Source: an uncultured Gemmatimonadales bacterium
GTDB lineage: Bacteria > Gemmatimonadota > Gemmatimonadetes > Gemmatimonadales > GWC2-71-9
Assembly (NCBI GenBank): GCA_963771275.1
Contig: CAVYSW010000003.1
Location: 1,280,001-1,344,000 of the forward strand
Direction: 5' to 3'
Length of the DNA: 64,000 bases
The notes below the pieces were generated by a model. That model was not told where the DNA came from. It did not search any database and was given only the letters and a program-made list of their open reading frames with translations. Below are positions 49,812 through 59,016 of the stretch, piece by piece. The position numbers and the translations under genes are program-made. Numbering within the stretch: the stretch's first letter is position 1; every line of letters begins with the position of its first letter.

Positions 49812-52745
49812 ATGGCCGACCTCCTCGCCCGTCTCACGACCGCCCTGGCCGGACGCTACCAGATTCAGCGCGAGCTCGGCGCCGGTGGGATGGCCACCGT
49901 GTATCTGGCGCAGGATCTCCGGCACCACCGCGCGGTCGCGGTGAAAGTGCTGCGCCCCGAGCTCGCGCAGACGCTGGGCCCCGAGCGGTTTCTCCGCGAG
50001 ATCGAGATCGCCGCCGGACTGCATCATCCGCACATCCTGCCGCTGTATGACTCCGGCGACGCCGGCGGGTTCCTGTTCTACGTGATGCCCTATGAGGAAG
50101 GCCGCTCGCTGCGGGACCGGCTGCAGCGCGAAGGGGAGCTGCCGATCCCGGAAGCGGTGCGCGTGCTGCGGGACGTGGTGGATGCGCTCGCCCACGCCCA
50201 TCAACACGGTCTGGTCCATCGCGACATCAAGCCCGAGAACATCCTGCTCTCCGGCCATCATGCCCTGGTCACCGACTTCGGCGTCGCCAAGGCGGTGAGC
50301 GAGGCGGCCGGCCGGCACGCGCTGACGACGACCGGGGTGGCCCTCGGCACCCCCGCCTACATGGCACCCGAGCAGGCGGCGGCGGATCCGCACCTCGACG
50401 CGCGCGCCGACCTCTACGCGGTAGGCATCCTGGCGTACGAGATGCTGACGGGTCGTCCGCCATTCCTCGGCCCCACGCCGCAGGAGGTGCTCGTCTCTCA
50501 CATGACGGAGCCGCCGGAGCCGGTGACGGTCTACCGGCCCGCGATACCGCCGGCGCTCGCGGCACTGGTGATGAAGTGTCTGGAGAAGAACCGGGCGGAC
50601 CGCTGGCAGAGTGCGGACGAGCTGCTGCCGCAGCTCGAGGCCATGCTGACGCCGAGCGGCGGGATCACACCGGTCGAGACGCAGCCGGTCGCGGCGGTAC
50701 GGCGGCTGCCGTGGCGGTGGGCTGCTATCGTCGCCGGTGCCGCTGTGGTGCTGGCGGTGGTCGTCGCCGTCGTGATGCGCAGGGGGCCGGCACCGACACT
50801 TGATGCCGCGTTGTTGGCGGTCGCGCCGTTCGACGTGCTCTCGGCCGACAGGGACCTCGAGGTCTGGGGTGAGGGGCTGATGGACCTGCTGTCGCGGAGC
50901 CTGGACGGCGCCGGTCCGATTCGCACGCTCGCGCCGACGATCGCCGTGCACCGCTGGTCGGGCCGCGCCGACGCGACATCGGCCGCAGCGTTCGGCAGGC
51001 GTACCGGTGCCGGGCTGGCCGTGTTCGGCACGCTCGTCGCCATCGGCGGCGACTCGGCGCGCGCGGCGGCCACGCTGCTCGACGTCTCAACCGGCGCGGT
51101 GCTGGGGGAGCAGGAAGTGCGCGACCGCGCCGACCGGGTGGACCGTCTGGCCGATTCCCTGGCTGTCCGGCTGCTGGGCGACCTGAGCCGGACGCGCAAC
51201 GTCGGCGCGACACCGCTGCGCTCGGTCGGATCGGCTTCGCCGGCCGCGATCAAGGCCTTCCTTCGGGGGCAACAGCACTACCGACGCTCGAGCTGGGACT
51301 CGGCGCGGAGTTTCTTCGAGGAGGCCGTTGCGCTCGACTCGAGCTTCGCGCTGGCGCACCGCGGCATCACGAAGGTGGCGGGGTGGAACGAGGCCCAAGC
51401 GGGTAGCCCTGCGCTACGGGCCCTGGAGATCCGGGCCGGCGACCTGAATCACGGCCTGGCGCCGCGGGAGAGCCTGCTCGTGCTGGTGGACTCGTTGTGG
51501 GCCGGATTGGAGAGCTTCGATGGGCAGTGGTCGCGGCTGGACCGGTTGTTCGCGATCCTCGAGAGCGCCGCGCGCCGCTACCCCGAAGATCCCGAGGTGT
51601 GGTACGAGCTGGGAGAGGCCCGGTTCCACTTCGGGTCGTCGGTGGGGGTCAGCGCCGAGCGCATGCAGGCCGCGTTCAGCCGGGCCATCCAGCTCGACTC
51701 CGGCTTCGCGCCCGCCTACATCCACACGGCCGAGCTGGCGTTCATGTTGCAGGGCCGCGCGGCGGGAGGGCGCGCCCTTGATGGGATTCTGGCGGCCCAC
51801 CCGGCGGGGATCGAAGGGGGGGGAGCGCAGCTGGCCAGGGCCCTGCTCGATCCGGAGGCAGCGCGGTCACCCGAGACCGCCGCCCTGCTCGACACGCTCG
51901 CTCCCGAGGCATCACGGCGTGCGTTCGACGCGCTGCAACGCTTTCCCGACTCGGCCGAATCAGCAGTCCGCGTGGCGCGCTCCTGGTCGGAGCGTTCCTC
52001 CGGGGGCGTGGCATACCTGCGGTGGATCCTGGCGTACCGGGGGCATGTGCGCGATGCGATCGCCGCGTTCCCCCCACCAGAGTGGCGGACGCCGGAGTTC
52101 CGCAACTGGGGCATCCACGGCACGTTCGCCCAGCTCGCGCTGCTGGGTGCGTTCCCTGAAGACACCGTGCGCGTCGTGTTTGCCGACTTCCTCGCGCACG
52201 GATATGGCCAGGGGGTGTATCTGGCCGGCCGCTGGTGGGCGGACCGGCGCGACACGCTGTCCCTCGCGCGCGCGGTCCGCATGTACGCTGACTACCTGCG
52301 GGCAGCGCCGGGCCGCACCATCGCGGATACGGCGATCATGCACTGGGCCCAGGACTGCGCCGCCGTGTACCTGGCGCTCGCCCGCGGCGACACGGCCGAC
52401 GCGCTGCGACGGTTCCGGACACTCCGGGACTGGCCGTTCGTGCCGCGCGCGTACCAGCAGCGCCTGACCGAGGCCCAGGTGCTTGCCGCCATCGGCAGGG
52501 ACGAGGAAGCGGCTGCCGTGCTCGACCAGATCGCGGACATCGGGTTCCCTCCCGGACCGATCGAGGTGATCTGGACGCTCGAGCGCGCTCGGGTGAACGA
52601 GCGTCTGGGGAACCGGGAGAAGGCGGTGCGGGACTACGGTTACGTGATGGATGCGTGGCGTCATGCAGATGAGCTGCTGCGGCCGTTCGTGGAGGAAGCG
52701 CGGCAGGGCGTCACCCGGCTGGCGCGCGAACCGCGGCGGGAGTGA
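49812..52745 (+). CDS. Membrane Hanks-type Ser/Thr kinase with TPR-like ectodomain
   Basis: GAGGMATVY, HRDIKPEN, DFG, GTPAYMAPEQ; TM; LAVAPFDVL. Confidence 0.92.
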   Translation: MADLLARLTTALAGRYQIQRELGAGGMATVYLAQDLRHHRAVAVKVLRPELAQTLGPERFLREIEIAAGLHHPHILPLYDSGDAGGFLFYVMPYEEGRSLRDRLQREGELPIPEAVRVLRDVVDALAHAHQHGLVHRDIKPENILLSGHHALVTDFGVAKAVSEAAGRHALTTTGVALGTPAYMAPEQAAADPHLDARADLYAVGILAYEMLTGRPPFLGPTPQEVLVSHMTEPPEPVTVYRPAIPPALAALVMKCLEKNRADRWQSADELLPQLEAMLTPSGGITPVETQPVAAVRRLPWRWAAIVAGAAVVLAVVVAVVMRRGPAPTLDAALLAVAPFDVLSADRDLEVWGEGLMDLLSRSLDGAGPIRTLAPTIAVHRWSGRADATSAAAFGRRTGAGLAVFGTLVAIGGDSARAAATLLDVSTGAVLGEQEVRDRADRVDRLADSLAVRLLGDLSRTRNVGATPLRSVGSASPAAIKAFLRGQQHYRRSSWDSARSFFEEAVALDSSFALAHRGITKVAGWNEAQAGSPALRALEIRAGDLNHGLAPRESLLVLVDSLWAGLESFDGQWSRLDRLFAILESAARRYPEDPEVWYELGEARFHFGSSVGVSAERMQAAFSRAIQLDSGFAPAYIHTAELAFMLQGRAAGGRALDGILAAHPAGIEGGGAQLARALLDPEAARSPETAALLDTLAPEASRRAFDALQRFPDSAESAVRVARSWSERSSGGVAYLRWILAYRGHVRDAIAAFPPPEWRTPEFRNWGIHGTFAQLALLGAFPEDTVRVVFADFLAHGYGQGVYLAGRWWADRRDTLSLARAVRMYADYLRAAPGRTIADTAIMHWAQDCAAVYLALARGDTADALRRFRTLRDWPFVPRAYQQRLTEAQVLAAIGRDEEAAAVLDQIADIGFPPGPIEVIWTLERARVNERLGNREKAVRDYGYVMDAWRHADELLRPFVEEARQGVTRLAREPRRE

Positions 52746-52793
52746 GGTTGGGCAGCAGGGCGTGGGCTTTGGCCAGCGACCAGGCCCGGCGCG

Positions 52794-53405
52794 CTACTCG
52801 GACGCGGCCGATGAGCCTGTCCCCGCGAACAGCACCTCATACAGCACGAGCCCGCGCCGCACCGCCAGCACCGTCTGCTCCGCCATGTAGTAGGGCATCG
52901 CGCCGATCTCGTCCCGGGACAGCGCCGCGAGCGCGCGGTCCGCGTCCTGGGGCTCACGCAGCCCCTCGAATGCCGCGAGGAACTCCGCCTTCAGCGCCCG
53001 CTGCACCCAGGGCTTGGTCTCGACCGTCGCCTTGGTGACGATCACCCGCGTGACGGCGCCGTCCGGCCCGACGGCGATCCCGACCTCGAGCGGTCCGTGC
53101 TGGTTGTTGACCTGCGGGAACAGCACGACGCCCGCGATCCGGCCAGCCGCGTCGGTGCCGTAGTAGAACCGAAACTCCCCCGTCTCCGGCGTGAAGTCGC
53201 CCGCCTGCCGGATCCTGCCCAGGTCGTCGCGGCCGATGTCCACGGTGCGCTCGAAGTACAGCGACGCGCCCTTCAGCGTCGCGCGAATCACGTCCGCGTG
53301 CCTGGCGAGCACCACGGTGGGCGTGATGTGGAGCGGAACGGCGGTGAACAGCGTCGCGGCCGCGACGAGTGCACCCGTCGGCCGGAGCCATCGGGCGGTG
53401 CTCAT
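52794..53405 (-). CDS. Exported FMN-binding-domain-like protein
   Basis: N-terminal hydrophobic segment; HGPLEVGIAVGPDGAVTRVIV...E...FLAAFEG pattern; ATGA overlap. Confidence 0.5.
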   Translation of the reverse strand: MSTARWLRPTGALVAAATLFTAVPLHITPTVVLARHADVIRATLKGASLYFERTVDIGRDDLGRIRQAGDFTPETGEFRFYYGTDAAGRIAGVVLFPQVNNQHGPLEVGIAVGPDGAVTRVIVTKATVETKPWVQRALKAEFLAAFEGLREPQDADRALAALSRDEIGAMPYYMAEQTVLAVRRGLVLYEVLFAGTGSSAASE

Positions 53406-53959
53406 GTCATCCCTCCGTTTTCTGATCGCCGGCCGAAGGCCGCCCGCACGGTGCCGGCCAGCACGACGACGTACACCGCCGCCATCAGCCAGCCCGCCGC
53501 GATGGTGAGCAGCGCGAACCCTCCGGTTCCGAGCTTGATGAGCCATTGCCCGGAGAAGTCGAGCGCGCCGGACGCGAACGCCGCGACGATGACGCCGTTG
53601 CGCCACCGTGCCGGCCACCCGAGGCCGAGGATGATGATCGTCTCGAGTGCCGCCACGACGGCGAACATCACGAGGTGGATGTGGCTGTCCTGGATGAGCA
53701 GCTGGGTGTCGATCACGTGCCGCTCCTCCGGCATCTGGCCGAGATCGAGCGGCTGGGTCCGGCTGTGCGACTCGAGCATGGCCGAATCCACCTCTGCCGG
53801 CGGGGCGTAGGCGGCGCTCACGTCGGCCGGCGTGAGACCGGCCCACTGCCTGACCATGAGAAACGCGAACAGGTAGCCGTATCCCAGGACGAGCTGAAAC
53901 AGCACCACGGCCAGGCGGACGGAGAAATCGGCGCGGCGGAGACTGTAGAGCCCGGTCAT
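53402..53959 (-). CDS. 4-TM membrane protein with a HIHL motif
   Basis: Four hydrophobic segments; LLIQDSHIHL. Confidence 0.65.
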   Translation of the reverse strand: MTGLYSLRRADFSVRLAVVLFQLVLGYGYLFAFLMVRQWAGLTPADVSAAYAPPAEVDSAMLESHSRTQPLDLGQMPEERHVIDTQLLIQDSHIHLVMFAVVAALETIIILGLGWPARWRNGVIVAAFASGALDFSGQWLIKLGTGGFALLTIAAGWLMAAVYVVVLAGTVRAAFGRRSENGGMT

Positions 53960-53968
53960 CGCGTACGG

Positions 53969-55087
53969 CTAGAACAGCGCCACGAACTGCAGCACGTAAC
54001 GGACGTCCCAGGTGCCGAGCCCGTTCCCGGTCGCGAAATAGGGCTCGCTGGAGTGGTCGAACCGGGCTTCAGCGCGGATCTGGAGGCGCGGAATCCGCAG
54101 CGTCGTATGCTCGACGTTCGCGAAGATCCCCTCGCGGCCGCTGCCCAACAGATACACCGGCGCGAAGCTGTACGAGGCAAGCGTCTGGGGCTGTCCCGTG
54201 CGGCTGCCGTCCCGATCGCGGAACACCTCGGCGCGAAGCACCGCCCCGAGCTGCCCGGCCAGCCGGCCGAACAGCGTCAGGGTGCCACCGTACCACCGCG
54301 CGTCGCTCCCGTCGGCGTTCGCCCCCCGGTCACCGCCGAAGTTGGCCTCGCCGGCCACCAGCCACCGGGCGGACGGTTGGACCGCGTAGTCGAGCGTGAG
54401 CACGTACCGGTCCACCGTGCTGTCCTGCGGCCCCTCCCGCCCGTACACGCCGGCGAGTCCCAGGCTGCTGTTGGCGGAGGGCAGGACCCCGATGCGAAGC
54501 CCGCCGGTCTTGCCGTGGTTGGGCGAGAGCTGCGCGTCCCAGCCGTTCGACGCCAAGGCGGCGATCTCGAGCCGCGGCCCCGCGACCCAGCGGCCCACCA
54601 GGCCCACCATTTTCGTCGGTCGCGCCAGCTCGGCGTTGAACGTGCGCGTCGCCTGGAGGTTGAGCGGCTCGTCGTCCCGCTCGAACCCGATGGGCACGTC
54701 GAAGCGCCCCGCGGCGAGACTCACGCTCGTGAGACCGGGAGGCGTCCAGTTGAGAATCAGGTTGTCGATCTCGATCTCCGTCGCCACCTCGCCGCTCCCC
54801 GCGCCGCCTTCGGCGAGGGCCGTGGTCAGCTGGCCGAACACCCAGACGTGATCGCCGATCTCGCGGAACAGCGAGACGGCGAGCTTGCTCGCGGCGAACG
54901 AATTGTCGCGCGTGCGGCCGGCGTAGCTGTAGCTGCCGACGCCGTACCCGCTGATCTGGAGCGGTGACGCCTCCTCCTGTCCCAGGCTCTCCAGGGTCTG
55001 CGGCTTGTCCCCCGGGCGGGCCTGAGCCGTCGCCGTGAGCGGTGCGAGCAGCGGCACGAGCGCCAGAGTGGTCGCGAGACGGCGGAT
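53969..55087 (-). CDS. Outer-membrane beta-barrel porin (start uncertain)
   Basis: Signal-like RRLATTLALVPLLAPLTATAQA; AGRFDVPIGFE; alternating strands; C-terminal Phe. Confidence 0.75.
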   Translation of the reverse strand: MRRLATTLALVPLLAPLTATAQARPGDKPQTLESLGQEEASPLQISGYGVGSYSYAGRTRDNSFAASKLAVSLFREIGDHVWVFGQLTTALAEGGAGSGEVATEIEIDNLILNWTPPGLTSVSLAAGRFDVPIGFERDDEPLNLQATRTFNAELARPTKMVGLVGRWVAGPRLEIAALASNGWDAQLSPNHGKTGGLRIGVLPSANSSLGLAGVYGREGPQDSTVDRYVLTLDYAVQPSARWLVAGEANFGGDRGANADGSDARWYGGTLTLFGRLAGQLGAVLRAEVFRDRDGSRTGQPQTLASYSFAPVYLLGSGREGIFANVEHTTLRIPRLQIRAEARFDHSSEPYFATGNGLGTWDVRYVLQFVALF

Positions 55088-55102
55088 GGACGGTCGCGTC
55101 GG

Positions 55103-58048
55103 TCAGTCCCCTTTCACCAGGCGCTCGAAGCGCGGGTTCCCCCGGAGCGGCGCGAAGGTGGGATCGATCCGGAGCCACCCGGGCGAGAGGTAGTAGGGGA
55201 TGCGCAGCAGTGCCTCGAGCTGGTCGATCGCCTTCTCGTGCTCTCCCGCCAGGGTGTAAACCCGCGCCAAGAGGTGCTGGTTGTAGGCGCCGGAGAAGGC
55301 GTCTGCGGTCACGGGCAGCAGGCCCAGAGACCGCTCGCCGTCGCGCAGCGCCTCGTCGTTCCGTCCGGCGTAGGCAAGCGCCACCGCGGCGAGTGCCAGC
55401 AGGTAGTTGTCATCGGGGCTGGCGCGCAGCTGCTCCTGGTATACGAGGCGTGCCGAGTCGCCGTACGCGCGCGCGCGGGCCGCGTCCCCGCGGAGGGTGT
55501 AGGTCGCGGCGAGGGCCAGCGCCCACGCGCCGCGGTCGTCGTCGAACGCGCCGGGCGAGAGCCGCAGCAGCAGGCGTTGCTGGTCGTCGTCGAGCGCCCA
55601 GAACAGATCCCACGTGGCCGCCGCGAAGGCCACCAGGCGGGTGGGCTCGATCTCCGCCGGCGCCGCGCGCAGCACGGCGCGGGCCCCAGCCAGATCGCCG
55701 CGGGCGAGGTGAATCATCGCCTTGGTCTCGATCAACGAGACGTTGGTCGGTGCGAGGGCGAGCCCCCGGTCGGTCTCCGCCATCGCATCGTCGTAGCGGC
55801 GGAGCCACAGGAGATTCGTCGCGAGGGCCGTCTGTCCGCCGATCGACCTGGGGTCCAATGCCCGCGCCCGACGGAGCAGCTCGACCGATTGCTCCCATTC
55901 CCCAAGGCTCCGGTCCGTCGTGGCCGTGCCGACCAGCAGCCCGGGGTCGTTGGGCGCCAGCTGCAGCCCATCCGCGTACTCCGCGCGGGCGCGGCCGATG
56001 TCGTAGCGCACGTTGGTGTAGTACGAGCCGAGGGCCATGTAGGTCTCGGGCGCCTTGGGAGCCAAAGCGCGGGCGCGCTCGGCCGCGCTGCGCGCGCCCT
56101 CGGCAGCTTCGGGGGACGGCGTGGAGAAATGGATGGTGGAGAACGTCTGCGACAGACGCGCCCACGCGAGCGCGAAGGTGGAATCGAGGGCGACCGCCTG
56201 CTCGTACAGGTTCACCGCCCGGCGGGCGGCCGTCTGGCCGCCGGTGCGGCGCGCCTCCTCCGCCTTGAGGTAGGCATCGTACGCCGCGAGGTTCGCCGTG
56301 GGCCGCGCGGTGAGCTCCTGCTGCTCGCCGCTCCCGAGCGCCACGTTGAGCGCGCCGGCGACGCGCACCGCGATGTCGGCCTGCACCTGGAACAGGTCGG
56401 TGAGGTCGGCGTCGAAGGTCTGCTGCCAGGTGGCCGCGCCGGTGTGCGCGTCGATCAGCTCGGGCACCACCTGCACGCGGCCGGGCCCACCGGGGGTCTT
56501 GGCCCAGCTCACCGTCGCGGTGAGCAGGTAGTCCACGCCGAGCTCGCGGCCGATCTCCTGGGGTGACTTGGTGGTGCCGCGGTACTGATCGGAGCTGGTG
56601 CCCGCCGTCACGCGGAATTCACCGAGGCCGGTGAGCTTGCCGCGCACCTGATCGGCGATGCCGTCCACGAAGTAGGCGTCATCCGGAGCGCCGCGATTGG
56701 TGAACGGCAGGACCGCGAGGCGCTTGGCGCCGCCCGGTTCGGCCGCGGCGGGGCCGCGGCGGGCCACCAGCACCGTCGCGACGGACGCCCAGAACACGAG
56801 GGCGAGCACGCCGCCTCCGATGGCGCTTTGCCAGGTGAGCACACGCCTGAGACCGCGCACCTCGCGGCCGGCCAGGCGGCGCGCCTCCACCTTGCGCGTG
56901 AGCAGCAGCACCGGAACGCCGACCGCCAGCAACGCCACGGCGAGCGCGAAGACCCACGGCGGAAGCCCGAGCTGGCGCATCACCGCGTAGATCACGGCCA
57001 GCACGGCCGCGGCCGCCACGCCGAACATCCCGCCGACCCGGGCCGCCGTCGGCCCCGCCGAAGCTGCCGGCCCCGCGCCGCTCTTCACCGTGTCGGCCGC
57101 CTGGACGAGCGCGGTCGCCAGATCCGTCGCGGCCTGGTAGCGCGCCAGCGGGGCGCGTGCCATCGCCCGCGAGACGACCGCCGGAATGGCGGCCGGGAGG
57201 TTCGGTCGCCGCGTCGCGAGCGGTGCCGGATCCCGGGTCAGGCTCTGCGCCAGGATCGCCTGCGGCGTCGCGCCGGAATACGGCGGCTCGCCCGCCAGCA
57301 TCTCGTACAGGACTCCACCCACCGCGTACACATCCGCCCGCGCGTCCACGTCGCGATCCCCCGCCGCCTGCTCCGGACTCATGTACTGCGGCGTTCCGAC
57401 CGCGAGCCCCGTCTGGGTGAGGGTCGCTTCGGCGCCCAGTGCCCGGGCGATCCCGAAATCCGCCACGAGGGCGTGGCCCGCGCCGAGCAGGATGTTCGCC
57501 GGCTTGATGTCCCGATGGACGATGCCCCGCTCGTGCGCGTACGCGAGCGCCTCCGTCACCTCGCGGGCCAGTCGCAGCGCCTCGTCCACCGGCAGCTGAC
57601 CGCTCTGCTCGAGCCGCTCGCGCAGGGAGCCGCCGTCGACGTACGGCATGACGTAGTACAGCACACCGTCGGCGTCGCCCGAATCGTACACCGGCAGGAT
57701 GTGCGGGTGGGTGAGCTGCGCCGCGATCTCGATCTCCCGCAGGAAGCGCTCGGCCCCGAGCGTCGCGGCGAGCTCGGGCCGCATCACCTTGAGCGCCACG
57801 GGCCGCTTGTGCCGCACGTCCTCCGCGAGGTACACCGTTGCCATCCCGCCCTCGCCCAGGACCCGCTCCACCTGATAGCGGCCCGCCAGCGCCCGGCGGA
57901 CCCGCGTGATCTCGACCGGACCGCTCACCGCCGTCCGCGGAGGCGCGCCGGGGTCAGCCGGCGTCGCGGCCCCGCAGTGGAGGCAGAACTGCGCTTCCTC
58001 GGGCAGGGGCGTGTGACAGGCTGGACAGGCGCGGGCGGCTGCCGGCAT
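55103..58048 (-). CDS. Zinc-ribbon Hanks-type Ser/Thr kinase with multi-TM, TolB-N-like and TPR domains
   Basis: CPAC...FCLHCG; GEGGMATVY; HRDIKPAN; DFG; about 3 TM; LAVLPFTN; WLRIDP.F.PLRGNPRF end. Confidence 0.92.
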   Translation of the reverse strand: MPAAARACPACHTPLPEEAQFCLHCGAATPADPGAPPRTAVSGPVEITRVRRALAGRYQVERVLGEGGMATVYLAEDVRHKRPVALKVMRPELAATLGAERFLREIEIAAQLTHPHILPVYDSGDADGVLYYVMPYVDGGSLRERLEQSGQLPVDEALRLAREVTEALAYAHERGIVHRDIKPANILLGAGHALVADFGIARALGAEATLTQTGLAVGTPQYMSPEQAAGDRDVDARADVYAVGGVLYEMLAGEPPYSGATPQAILAQSLTRDPAPLATRRPNLPAAIPAVVSRAMARAPLARYQAATDLATALVQAADTVKSGAGPAASAGPTAARVGGMFGVAAAAVLAVIYAVMRQLGLPPWVFALAVALLAVGVPVLLLTRKVEARRLAGREVRGLRRVLTWQSAIGGGVLALVFWASVATVLVARRGPAAAEPGGAKRLAVLPFTNRGAPDDAYFVDGIADQVRGKLTGLGEFRVTAGTSSDQYRGTTKSPQEIGRELGVDYLLTATVSWAKTPGGPGRVQVVPELIDAHTGAATWQQTFDADLTDLFQVQADIAVRVAGALNVALGSGEQQELTARPTANLAAYDAYLKAEEARRTGGQTAARRAVNLYEQAVALDSTFALAWARLSQTFSTIHFSTPSPEAAEGARSAAERARALAPKAPETYMALGSYYTNVRYDIGRARAEYADGLQLAPNDPGLLVGTATTDRSLGEWEQSVELLRRARALDPRSIGGQTALATNLLWLRRYDDAMAETDRGLALAPTNVSLIETKAMIHLARGDLAGARAVLRAAPAEIEPTRLVAFAAATWDLFWALDDDQQRLLLRLSPGAFDDDRGAWALALAATYTLRGDAARARAYGDSARLVYQEQLRASPDDNYLLALAAVALAYAGRNDEALRDGERSLGLLPVTADAFSGAYNQHLLARVYTLAGEHEKAIDQLEALLRIPYYLSPGWLRIDPTFAPLRGNPRFERLVKGD

Positions 58049-58145
58049 CAGACCTCGATGGAGCTGATCAGTGGCGCTGGAGGAGCGAGCGGGAAATATC
58101 GACCGTTTGGGGGCCCGCGCAAGCGCGGTGTCGCTCGACGCCGAG

Positions 58146-59006
58146 CTATTCCACCCGTTCGAGCAGCACGATGCCCGACATCCGGCGCAGCTCCTCGCGC
58201 TTGCGGCGGGGATACAGCGCCGCGAGGGCCTGGAAGAACCGGGCGAAGCGGATGGACCGCCGCAGGCGGATCGACTCCTCGAACGTGGACCGGAACTCGA
58301 CCTCGCGCCATCCCAGCGGCGCGAAGAACGCGGTGCCGGCGGCGGGCGCGAAGCGCATCGGCGCGTTGCCCGCCTGGAGCGTCCGGCCCCACGTGCGCTG
58401 CAGCATCTTGAGCAGGCGGGGCGAGCCGAGGTCGATGAGCCAGTAGCGGAACGCGCCGGCGGCGTGCAGGTCGCGCGCCAGCGCGCTCACCTCAGCCGGC
58501 GTGAGGTATACCAGCAGGCCCTCGCAGATTCCCAGGCCGCACCGCGCGCCGGCGGCCGCCCGGGCGATCGCGGCCCGCCGGTCTGTCGCGTCGGTGAGGT
58601 CGGCGGGCAGCTGTTCCAGCGTGCATACCGGTCGCTCGCCGCCGAGCTGTTGACCCTTGTAGGCGAGCATCGGCGGCAGGTCCGCATCGAACCAGCGGAG
58701 CGACGGCGGCAGCGCCATGCGATACGGGCGCGCGTCGAGGCCGGCCGCGAGGTTGAGCACGGTGTCGACCCCGTCCCGCCCCACGGCCCGCAGGATGATC
58801 TCGTCCATCACGGCCGTGCGGACGATCATCGGCCAGGCGAACTGCCGCGCCTTCGGGATCGCGTGGAGCATCGCGTCGCCCTGCGGCCCGGCGAGCCGTC
58901 GGGCGTACGGGTCGTGGAAGATCGCGTCGGGGCGCTCGGTCTCGAGCGCGCGGTACATCGCCACCCAGCGGGCGGTGTCGGAGACGTGGGCGATCGGGGC
59001 GGTCAC
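58146..59006 (-). CDS. SAM-dependent methyltransferase, LCM/O-methyltransferase-like family
   Basis: VSDTARWVAMYRALE, DPYARRLAG, VLNLAAGLDARPYR, EGLLVYL. Confidence 0.88.
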   Translation of the reverse strand: MTAPIAHVSDTARWVAMYRALETERPDAIFHDPYARRLAGPQGDAMLHAIPKARQFAWPMIVRTAVMDEIILRAVGRDGVDTVLNLAAGLDARPYRMALPPSLRWFDADLPPMLAYKGQQLGGERPVCTLEQLPADLTDATDRRAAIARAAAGARCGLGICEGLLVYLTPAEVSALARDLHAAGAFRYWLIDLGSPRLLKMLQRTWGRTLQAGNAPMRFAPAAGTAFFAPLGWREVEFRSTFEESIRLRRSIRFARFFQALAALYPRRKREELRRMSGIVLLERVE

Positions 59007-59016
59007 AAGACCCCGC

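Noticed and set aside
53969..58048. Read-through kinase-porin fusion
   Set aside because: The kinase ends in a family-typical C-terminus, and an internal signal peptide plus barrel after an inner-membrane kinase is topologically implausible
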